DNA of 64,000 nucleotides from an uncultured delta proteobacterium (GTDB lineage: Bacteria > Myxococcota > UBA727 > VGSZ01), in contig CAVZJB010000005.1 of the NCBI GenBank assembly GCA_963775425.1, positions 544,001 to 608,000 on the forward strand, in the 5' to 3' direction. Shown here one piece after another: positions 1 through 7,419 of this stretch (position 1 is its first letter; each line of letters opens with the position of its first letter). Below the pieces are notes generated by a model. The model did not search any database and had not been told where the DNA came from. It saw only the letters and a list, made by a program, of their open reading frames with translations. The translations under genes and the position numbers were made by a program.

Positions 1-1
1 C

Positions 2-520
2 ACCGACCCCACGGACCCGGGCGATCTCCCGGCGTGCACCGCCGACGACTGCGTCGCCGGCGACGGCTTGTGCGACGTGGGCTTCTGCGCCGAATGCAGC
101 GCCGACCCCGACTGCGACGGCGCCACCGACCCCGGCACCGACCCCGGCACCGACTTGCCGGCGTGCCAGGCGGACGAGTGCGTCGCGGGTGACGGCTACT
201 GCGACGTCGGCTACTGCGACTGCGCCGCCGACGCCGACTGCAGCGACGCGCCCCCGGACGACCTGCCCGCCTGCGCGGCCGACGAGTGCGTCGACGGGGA
301 CGGCTTGTGCGACGTGGGCTTCTGCGACTGCGCCGCCGACTCCGACTGCACCGACGCCGGCAACGGCGATTGCGGCGGCGGCGGCGGCGGCGGCACGGGC
401 GGCGGCGGCGGCGGCGGGACCGGCGGCCTGCCTTCCTGCCCCGACGACTACTGCGTCGCCGGCGACGGCTTCTGCGACGTCGGCGCCTGCGCCGAGTGCA
501 CCGCCGACCCCGACTGCTGA
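2..520 (+). CDS. Cys/Asp-rich repeat protein, C-terminal part (5' end outside window)
   Basis: Frame is open from position 2 to TGA at 518-520; four copies of LPxCxxDxCVxGDGxCDVGxC(x)xCxADxDC with TDPG and poly-Gly linkers. Confidence 0.8.
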   Translation, partial: TDPTDPGDLPACTADDCVAGDGLCDVGFCAECSADPDCDGATDPGTDPGTDLPACQADECVAGDGYCDVGYCDCAADADCSDAPPDDLPACAADECVDGDGLCDVGFCDCAADSDCTDAGNGDCGGGGGGGTGGGGGGGTGGLPSCPDDYCVAGDGFCDVGACAECTADPDC

Positions 521-556
521 CGTGCGCGCCTGCTCGTGGCGCCGTAGGATGGCGAC

Positions 557-1672
557 GTGGTGGACCTCGTCACGCTCGCCATCCCGTTTTTCTTCCTGGG
601 GATGCTCGTCGAGCTCATCGTCGGGAGAGTGCGCAAGCGGCCGGTGTTTCGCGGGCCCGACGTCGCCGCCAATCTGGCGCTCGGCACCATGCAGACGCTG
701 GTGGGCGTCGTCGGCGGCGTCGTCATCATCGGCGGCTACCAGTGGATTTGGACGCACGCGCGACTGAGCACCATCCACGACGACAATGCGGTCGCGTGGG
801 TGGTGCTCTTCGTTGGACTGGATTTCCTCTATTATTGGTTTCACCGGGCCGCCCACCGAATCAACATCGCGTGGGCGTCGCACGCGCCGCACCACTCGAG
901 CGAGGACTTCAATCTGGCGGTGGCGCTGCGGCAGGGGCCGCTGCAGCCGTTCATATCCCACGTCTTCTATCTGCCGCTCGCGTTCGCCGGCTTTCCCCTC
1001 GCGATGTTCGCGGTGGTCGGCAGCATCAACACCATCATCCAGTTCTGGGTGCACACCGAGCTCGTCGGAAAGCTCGGGCCGCTCGAGTGGATCTTCAACA
1101 CGCCCTCGCACCATCGCGTGCACCACGGCTGCAACGGTCGCTACATCGACCGCAACCACGGCGGTGTCTTCATCGTGTGGGATCGGCTCTTCGGCACCTT
1201 CGAGCCCGAGGCGGACCGCCCGGTGTACGGCACGGTCAAGCAGCTCACGACATGGAACCCGCTTGCCGCCGCCGTCGCCCCGTTCGTCGACATCGCCCGG
1301 CTCGCGCGGCGCGCGCCCCGCTTGCGGGACAAGCTGCTCGTGTGGCTGAAGCCGCCGGAGTGGGTGCCGCCGGGCGTGAGCATCGAGGTCCCCGACGTCG
1401 TGGTGCGCCCGCGCTTCGACGCGCGCCCGTCGCCGGCGGCGTCGCGCTACGTGACGCCGATGTTCATCGTCACGCTCCTGGCCGTCGTGGGATTCCTGTT
1501 CTTCGGCGCGTCGCACATGAGCACGAGCGGCGTGTGGCTCACGGCTGTCTGGCTCACGGTGTCGTTCGCGAGCCTGGGCGCGCTCCTCGACGGCCGCGCA
1601 TGGGCGAAGCCCCTCGAGGTCGCGCGCCTGCTGGCGGTCCTGCCGCTCGCGGCCGCGATGTTCGCCGCGTGA
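557..1672 (+). CDS. Sterol desaturase/fatty acid hydroxylase family protein, alkylglycerol monooxygenase (AGMO/TMEM195)-like
   Basis: His boxes YYWFHRAAH, HAPHHSSEDFNL, QFWVHTE, NTPSHHRVHH, WDRLFGTF; several TM segments; AGMO-like C-terminal membrane extension. Confidence 0.85.
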   Translation: MVDLVTLAIPFFFLGMLVELIVGRVRKRPVFRGPDVAANLALGTMQTLVGVVGGVVIIGGYQWIWTHARLSTIHDDNAVAWVVLFVGLDFLYYWFHRAAHRINIAWASHAPHHSSEDFNLAVALRQGPLQPFISHVFYLPLAFAGFPLAMFAVVGSINTIIQFWVHTELVGKLGPLEWIFNTPSHHRVHHGCNGRYIDRNHGGVFIVWDRLFGTFEPEADRPVYGTVKQLTTWNPLAAAVAPFVDIARLARRAPRLRDKLLVWLKPPEWVPPGVSIEVPDVVVRPRFDARPSPAASRYVTPMFIVTLLAVVGFLFFGASHMSTSGVWLTAVWLTVSFASLGALLDGRAWAKPLEVARLLAVLPLAAAMFAA

Positions 1673-1680
1673 GCTCGGCG

Positions 1681-1890
1681 TCAGCCGTCGCCCGCGCCTG
1701 TTCCCGTGTGCGGGGGCCACACGCCCGGCGGGCAGGGCTTCACGGCGTCGAGCGGGCGCACGACGAAGCCGAGCCGCACATAGAGCAGCACCCGCACCGA
1801 CGGGACGCCGTCGACGTCGAGCAGGCGCTCGACGCGACAGACGCCGAGCGCGGGCTCCGCGGGAATGACGACGAGGTCGCCGGGCTTCAC
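1681..1890 (-). CDS. Small hypothetical protein (possible KOW/SH3-like beta-barrel)
   Basis: GTG start overlaps the upstream stop (GTGA); VKPGDLVVIP...LGVCRVERL pattern; 69 aa. Confidence 0.55.
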   Translation of the reverse strand: MKPGDLVVIPAEPALGVCRVERLLDVDGVPSVRVLLYVRLGFVVRPLDAVKPCPPGVWPPHTGTGAGDG

Positions 1891-2753
1891 TTGCCCTTCT
1901 TGAGCGTCACCTTGTCGAGCGAGACCTTGACCTCGTTCTGGATGCCGGGCTGGTGCTTGCAGCCGGCGGCGAGCAGGGAGTCGAACAGGCCCTTGCGGAT
2001 GACGGAGCCGGTGGCCTTCTCGATGTCGAACTGCGCCGGGGCCGTGCTCTTGACCTCGATGGTGTCGCCCTTCTTCTCGGCGGTCACGGGGAAGCTGACG
2101 GGGATCTCGACGGAGTCCCACAACACGAGCTTGCCGTTGACCGTGCCTTCGACGCTCTTGCCCTCCTTGGGCGTGGCCGCGTCACCCTCGACGCCGTCGA
2201 GGACGAGGCCGGCCTTGGTGACGCCGCTTTGCAGCTTGGCCGAGAGCGTCTTCCACACGCCCTCGACGGCGGTCTTGTGCGCGGCGTCGGCGAAGGGCGC
2301 GGCGCCGAAGAAGGCCTGAACGACGTTGGCGTCGCGAACGGGGTTGCCGGCGCCGTCCTTGCTCACGGTGGCGAGCTTGGTGAGGTCGACGGTGAACACG
2401 CCCTTCTTGCTCTTTGCGTCGTACGCGCCGGCGGCGGCCCCGGAGAGCTTGCCGGTGATGGGGCCGGCGGAGTTGCTGACGATGGTGAAGGAGACGTCGG
2501 TGCCCGTGGGGTCGACCGTCCAGGTGGTCTTGCCCTTGGGGGCCTCGGGGATCTTGTGCGCGCCCGGCGCGATGCCCGCGGGCTCGGGCTGTGGGGGCGT
2601 CGCCGGCGGCGCAGGCGTCGGCGTCGCGGGCGGCGTCGCGGGCGCGGGCGCCGGGGCCGGCGCCGGGGGCGCGGCCGGCTCCGTCTTGGGGCAGGCCGCC
2701 GAAGTGACGACGCAGAGCGAGAAGGCGAGGGCGAGGGGTGCGATGCGCAGCAT
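1887..2753 (-). CDS. YceI-like lipid/polyisoprenoid-binding lipoprotein
   Basis: Lipoprotein signal (MLRIAPLALAFSLCVVTSAAC), Pro/Ala linker, TWTVDPTGTDVSFTI, GNPVRD, VNGKLVL YceI-like motifs. Confidence 0.65.
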   Translation of the reverse strand: MLRIAPLALAFSLCVVTSAACPKTEPAAPPAPAPAPAPATPPATPTPAPPATPPQPEPAGIAPGAHKIPEAPKGKTTWTVDPTGTDVSFTIVSNSAGPITGKLSGAAAGAYDAKSKKGVFTVDLTKLATVSKDGAGNPVRDANVVQAFFGAAPFADAAHKTAVEGVWKTLSAKLQSGVTKAGLVLDGVEGDAATPKEGKSVEGTVNGKLVLWDSVEIPVSFPVTAEKKGDTIEVKSTAPAQFDIEKATGSVIRKGLFDSLLAAGCKHQPGIQNEVKVSLDKVTLKKGK

Positions 2754-2813
2754 GTCGGAAGTCCTTCTGTGAGACGCTCGAGATAGATCGCTTTTGGTGA
2801 TGACGAAAGCGCG

Positions 2814-2831
2814 ATAAGCAGTGGTGCTCAC
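2814..2831. promoter_or_regulatory. Putative response-regulator operator, copy 1 (ATAAGCAGTGGTGCTCAC)
   Basis: 14/18 identical to the palindromic site at 3558-3575; lies in the divergent yceI-like/regulator intergenic region. Confidence 0.4.
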
Positions 2832-2854
2832 CGTGGTTTTTTTCCGGAGCCGAA

Positions 2855-3502
2855 ATGCCCCGCGTCGTCGTCGCCGATGATCACCCAATCTTCTTGAAGG
2901 GCCTCGTCGAGGTCCTCGAAGACGCGGGTTTCGACGTCGTGGGCCAGGCAAATGACGGCGAGCGCCTGTTGGCGTTGGTGCGCGAGCATCGCCCCGACCT
3001 CGCCGTCATCGACATCTCCATGCCCGTGCTCGACGGCCTGGCGGTGCTGCGTCGAGCGCGCGAGGAGAACGTCGAATGCACCTTCGTCGTGCTCTCGCTT
3101 CACGACGAGAAGGCCACGGTGAAGGCGGCGCTCACGCTCGGTGCGCGCGCGTACGTCAAGAAGGCCAACGCCACCGAAGAGATCATCGAAGCGGCGCGGG
3201 CGGCGCTCTCCGGCAGCACGTGGACGAGCCCCGACGACGAAGGCGGCGCCGGCGCGCCGGTGACGTCATTCGAGCGCCTCACCCCCGCCGAGCTGCGCGT
3301 GATGATTCTGCTCGCGGACAACATGACGAGCCCGCAGATCGCCGAGCGCCTCGGCCTCTCGGTGCGCACCGTGCAGAACCACCGCGCGCACATTTGCGAG
3401 AAGCTCCTGCTGAGTGGAAGCCATCGCTTGTTGCAGCTCGCGCTCGAGAACAAGGACCGCATCCAGGTCCTGCTGCGCGCGCAGGACGCGACCTCCACGT
3501 AG
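2855..3502 (+). CDS. NarL/FixJ-family response regulator (REC + LuxR HTH)
   Basis: ADDHP, DISMP phospho-acceptor, YVKK; LTPAELRVM...IAERLGLSVRTVQNHRAHICEKL HTH. Confidence 0.95.
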   Translation: MPRVVVADDHPIFLKGLVEVLEDAGFDVVGQANDGERLLALVREHRPDLAVIDISMPVLDGLAVLRRAREENVECTFVVLSLHDEKATVKAALTLGARAYVKKANATEEIIEAARAALSGSTWTSPDDEGGAGAPVTSFERLTPAELRVMILLADNMTSPQIAERLGLSVRTVQNHRAHICEKLLLSGSHRLLQLALENKDRIQVLLRAQDATST

Positions 3503-3557
3503 CGCGAATCGAGTCGGGACCGCGCTCGCTCGGCGTGCGCGCCGCGCTCCGGTCGGC

Positions 3558-3575
3558 ATGAGCAGTCGTTCTCAT
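3558..3575. promoter_or_regulatory. Putative response-regulator operator, copy 2 (ATGAG-N8-CTCAT)
   Basis: Inverted repeat about 60 bp upstream of the lipoprotein ATG at 3637 (RBS AAGGAG). Confidence 0.45.
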
Positions 3576-3636
3576 TGAGTCGTGCCCGAGACGTGTTAAC
3601 GGCGCACTCCACCGTGCTCGCACAAGGAGTGCTCGA

Positions 3637-4278
3637 ATGAAGAAGCTCTGCGTCTTCTGCGCCGCCCTCGGCCTCGTCGCCGCCGCCGGTTGCAAGACCA
3701 CCACCAACAGCATTCGCGTCCCCCGCATCGGCGTGGTCGCGCAGGATCTCGAGCGCAATGAATACGTCGTGCTCGGGAACGCCGAGGGCGAGTCCTGCGT
3801 CGAGCAGAGCTGCTGGTTCGGCTTCTTTTGCTCCGTGAAGGACGACGCGGGCAACAGCATCAACGTCGTCGACGACAACGGCGTCGAGCTGCTCGGTGCG
3901 GGGCTCGGCTCGAGCGACGACGTCGCCTACGTCGCCGAGGATCGCGCGATGTACGGTGCGCTGCAGAAGCAGAAGGACGCCGACGCGGTGTTCACGCCGC
4001 GAAAGACCATGGAGCTCGAGACGAAGTCCGTGTTCGTCAACTCGAGCATCAAGGCGTGCGTGCACGTGTTCGGAAAGAGCGTGCGCATCAAGACCGACGA
4101 GGAGCTGGCAGCGGGCTCGGCCGCCGCCGCGCCGCCGCCGCCGCCGCCGCCGCCGTCCGCGGCGCCGCCGCCGTCCGCGGAGCCGCCGCCGCCCGCGCCC
4201 GCGCAGACGGCGCCTCCTCCGTCCGCGACGCCGCCCGCGGAGCCGCCGCCTCCCGCCCCGACGCCCTCGAACGGCTGA
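3637..4278 (+). CDS. Lipoprotein of unknown function, paralog A, with poly-Pro tail
   Basis: Lipobox AAAGC; AAGGAG RBS; shares YVVLG.A.G..C.E.SC...CS.K and ADA...PR...CV.V.GK.V.IK.DEE with the next gene. Confidence 0.8.
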   Translation: MKKLCVFCAALGLVAAAGCKTTTNSIRVPRIGVVAQDLERNEYVVLGNAEGESCVEQSCWFGFFCSVKDDAGNSINVVDDNGVELLGAGLGSSDDVAYVAEDRAMYGALQKQKDADAVFTPRKTMELETKSVFVNSSIKACVHVFGKSVRIKTDEELAAGSAAAAPPPPPPPPSAAPPPSAEPPPPAPAQTAPPPSATPPAEPPPPAPTPSNG

Positions 4279-4309
4279 GCCCCTCACCGACCTCACAGGA
4301 GAAATCCCC

Positions 4310-4837
4310 ATGACGCACCCAAAGACCGTCGCCCTCTGCGCCGTCGCGCTCGCCTTCACGGCCGCGTGCGGCACCACCAGGATCGCCACCATCCCGGGCA
4401 TGGACATCACCACGCGGCTCGGCCGCGCCGACTACGTCGTGCTCGGCACCGCCACGGGCCAGGCCTGCGCGGAGGAGAGCTGCTTCCTCGGGAGCTGCAG
4501 CAAGAAGGCGAGCGTCGCCGGCGAGGAGCTCCTCGACGGCCGCTCCGAGTCGGAGAGCCTGCGCAACGCGCGCACGGCCAAGGTGGACCTCGGACCGCTG
4601 GCGTTCCTGTTCGGCACCGGCGGCGGCGGAACGAGCGGCAAGAACATCGCCAAGAGCATCGCGATGTACAAAGCCATCGCGTCCATCCCCGAAGCCGACG
4701 CCATGCTGAGCCCGCGCTACGACGTGGAGACCTCGGAGGACACCGTGCCGTTCATCTCGCGCACGGTGAAGTCCTGCGTCACCGTCCGTGGCAAGGCCGT
4801 GCACATCAAGTCCGACGAGGAGATGGCCCGCAAGTGA
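4310..4837 (+). CDS. Lipoprotein of unknown function, paralog B
   Basis: AGGAG RBS; lipobox TAAC; same motif set as 3637-4278. Confidence 0.8.
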   Translation: MTHPKTVALCAVALAFTAACGTTRIATIPGMDITTRLGRADYVVLGTATGQACAEESCFLGSCSKKASVAGEELLDGRSESESLRNARTAKVDLGPLAFLFGTGGGGTSGKNIAKSIAMYKAIASIPEADAMLSPRYDVETSEDTVPFISRTVKSCVTVRGKAVHIKSDEEMARK

Positions 4838-4846
4838 GCCTGTGGG

Positions 4847-5983
4847 TCACACCAGGCTGCGCGCGATGATCTCTTTCATGATCTCGGTGGTGCCGCCGTA
4901 GATGCGCTGCACCCGGGCGTCGAGGTACGCCTTGGCGATGGGGTACTCCATCATGTAGCCGTAGCCGCCGAAGAGCTGCAGGCAGCCGTCCACCACGCGC
5001 CCGAGCATCTCACTGCACCAGTACTTCGCCATCGACGCCTCGACGGTGAGGTTCTCTTCCTTCTCGAGGCGGCGGATGCAGTCGTCGACGAACGTTTCGC
5101 CGAGCTTCTGCTCGGTGGCCATCTCGGCCAGGCGGAACTTGGTGTTCTGGAACGCCGAGATCGGCTTGCCGAAGGCCTTGCGGTCCTTCACGTAGTCGAT
5201 GGTGGTCTCGAGGCACGCGGCGGCGCCGGCCACCGAGGCGATGGCGATGACCATGCGCTCCTGCGCGAGCTGCTTCATCAGGTAGATGAAGCCCTGGCCG
5301 CGCTCGCCGATCAGCATGCCCTTGGGCACGCGGCAGTCCTCGAAGTGCATCTCCGAGGTGTCCTGCGCGTGCATGCCGATCTTCTCGAGGCGCTTGCCGC
5401 GCACGAAGCCCTTGGCGTCCGACGGCACGACGATGAGCGATTGTGTGGACCAGCCGTCGCCCTCCTCGGTGCGCGCGACGACGATGGTGAGGTCGCAGAG
5501 CTGGCCGTTGCTGATGAAGGTCTTGCTGCCGTTGATGACCCACTCGTCGCCGTCGAGCACCGCCTTGGTCTTGATGCCCTGCAGATCGCTGCCCGTGCCC
5601 GGCTCGCTCATGGCGATGGCGCCGATGAGCTTGCCGGAGGCCATGCCGGGCAGGAAGCGCTGCTTCAGCTCGTCGGTGCCGAAGTTCTCGATGTACGGCG
5701 CGACGATGTCCGAGTGCAAAGAGAACGCGACGCCGGAGGCGTGGGCGCGGGAGATCTCCTCCTGGACGACGGCGGCGTAGCGAAACGGCAGGCCGCTGCC
5801 GCCGTAGTCCGGCGACTGCGGGATGCAGAGGAAGCCGGCCGCGCCCGCCTTCTCCCACAGCGCGCGCGGGACCACGCCGTCGCGCTCCCACTGCGGGTGA
5901 AACGGCTTCACCTCCTTTTCGAAGAACTTGCGGACGGAGTCGCGAAAGGCGCGGAGGTCGTCGTCGTACATGGACTCGTGCAT
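4847..5983 (-). CDS. Acyl-CoA dehydrogenase (long-chain type)
   Basis: AIAMSEPGTGSD, INGSKTFISNG, LAQER, QLFGGYGYM, RIYGGTTEIMK. Confidence 0.95.
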   Translation of the reverse strand: MHESMYDDDLRAFRDSVRKFFEKEVKPFHPQWERDGVVPRALWEKAGAAGFLCIPQSPDYGGSGLPFRYAAVVQEEISRAHASGVAFSLHSDIVAPYIENFGTDELKQRFLPGMASGKLIGAIAMSEPGTGSDLQGIKTKAVLDGDEWVINGSKTFISNGQLCDLTIVVARTEEGDGWSTQSLIVVPSDAKGFVRGKRLEKIGMHAQDTSEMHFEDCRVPKGMLIGERGQGFIYLMKQLAQERMVIAIASVAGAAACLETTIDYVKDRKAFGKPISAFQNTKFRLAEMATEQKLGETFVDDCIRRLEKEENLTVEASMAKYWCSEMLGRVVDGCLQLFGGYGYMMEYPIAKAYLDARVQRIYGGTTEIMKEIIARSLV

Positions 5984-6000
5984 GAGCCCTTGGTAGCGAC

Positions 6001-6020
6001 GATTGACATTTGTGTCAATC
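6001..6020. promoter_or_regulatory. Palindromic operator GATTGACA-TTTG-TGTCAATC (TTGAC-N6-GTCAA)
   Basis: Perfect 8-bp arms ending 17 bp upstream of the acyl-CoA dehydrogenase ATG; core recurs at 20050 and 20139. Confidence 0.7.
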
Positions 6021-6638
6021 CGCCGTGTCGCCGCCCCAGAACGCCGCGGCGCGGCGCCGCACCAGCTCCGCCTCGATCGTCGGATCCATGGTGCCGAGGG
6101 CCCGCTGCTCGAGGAGGTCGAACCAGGGGAGCGCGCGCGTCTCGGTGGCGAGGCGGCGGACGAGCTCGTCGGTCTTGCCGATGACCTTGGCGGGAACGCC
6201 GCCGACGATGGTGCCCTCGGGCACGTCGCGGGTGACGATGGCGCCGGCCGCGACGATGGCGCGAGGGCCGATGGTGACGCCGCCGAGGACGACGGCGTTG
6301 TAGCCGATGAAGACGTCGTCCTTGATGTCGATCTTGCCGACGCCCTCGAGCCGGACGCCGTACGCCCGCTCGAGGACGCTGACGCTGCCGTCGTGCCCGA
6401 TGAGGGCGCACTTGCTGAGGACGACGTTGTTGCCGATGCGCACGTAGGCCGGATCGGTGATCTCGACGCCGGGCAGGATCATGACGTCGTCGCCGATGGC
6501 GGCGAGGCGGCCGTGGCGCCGCATCCAGTCGGCGTGGTCGACGCCGTCGTGGTGGTAGAGGCGGCGGTACACGCGGTAGCCGATGCCGTGCTCGATCGAG
6601 AGCTTGCGAAGGTAGGGACGAAGTGCGCGCCGGATCAC
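6015..6638 (-). CDS. Hexapeptide-repeat (left-handed beta-helix) O-acyltransferase
   Basis: [50 protein letters not shown]; GTG start at 6638 is uncertain. Confidence 0.85.
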   Translation of the reverse strand: MIRRALRPYLRKLSIEHGIGYRVYRRLYHHDGVDHADWMRRHGRLAAIGDDVMILPGVEITDPAYVRIGNNVVLSKCALIGHDGSVSVLERAYGVRLEGVGKIDIKDDVFIGYNAVVLGGVTIGPRAIVAAGAIVTRDVPEGTIVGGVPAKVIGKTDELVRRLATETRALPWFDLLEQRALGTMDPTIEAELVRRRAAAFWGGDTAD

Positions 6639-6699
6639 AGGTGTGCAGCCTACCGCCCCGAGGCGACAACCGCGCGCGCCGGGCCGTCGTACCCCCCAC

Positions 6700-7419
6700 A
6701 TGACGACAGCCATCGACGCCTCCGAGCACCCCCACACGGGGGCGCACCGCCTCTTCGAGGCCTTCGGCATCGCGGCGGCGGCGGCGCTCCTCACGGGGAT
6801 CTCGCTGCGTACCGGCCGCGCCATCGTGGACGCACCGCGCCTGTCCTTCATCGCCGCGGGCGCGGCGCTCGCGGGCGTGGTCCTCGCGGACCTCTTCAGC
6901 GGCGTCGTCCACTGGGCCTTCGATCGCTACGGCGGCGAGGACACGCCGATCATCGGCGCGAGCTTCGTGAGGCCCTTTCGCCTGCACCACACGGATCCCG
7001 GCGACATCCTGCGCCACGGCTTCCTCGAGACCAACGGCAACACGTCGCTGGCGGTGGTGGTCCCGCTCTCGCTCCTGTTCGCGCTGCCCGTGTCGCGACC
7101 CGCCGGCCTGTTCGCGGTGGTGGCGCTGGCGACGGCGAGCCTGCTCGCCGTGCTCACCAACCAGCTCCACAAGTGGGCCCACGACGACGACCCGCCGGCG
7201 CTCGTCGCGCTGCTGCAGCGCTGCCACGTGATCCTCCCGCGCGATCACCACGCGCTGCACCACGCTCACCCGCACGAGACGCACTACTGCATCACCACCG
7301 GTTGGCTGAACGCCACGCTCGCAGGCGCGTGGCCCGCGCTCGAGCGAGCGCTCGCGCGCTGCGGCGTCGCCGCGCACCGGGACGCAGGCGCGCCGTCAGT
7401 CGAGCTTGAGGCCGACTGA
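6700..7419 (+). CDS. carF: CarF/TMEM189 (PEDS1)-family plasmanylethanolamine desaturase
   Basis: [60 protein letters not shown], matching the TMEM189 motif set. Confidence 0.85.
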   Translation: MTTAIDASEHPHTGAHRLFEAFGIAAAAALLTGISLRTGRAIVDAPRLSFIAAGAALAGVVLADLFSGVVHWAFDRYGGEDTPIIGASFVRPFRLHHTDPGDILRHGFLETNGNTSLAVVVPLSLLFALPVSRPAGLFAVVALATASLLAVLTNQLHKWAHDDDPPALVALLQRCHVILPRDHHALHHAHPHETHYCITTGWLNATLAGAWPALERALARCGVAAHRDAGAPSVELEAD

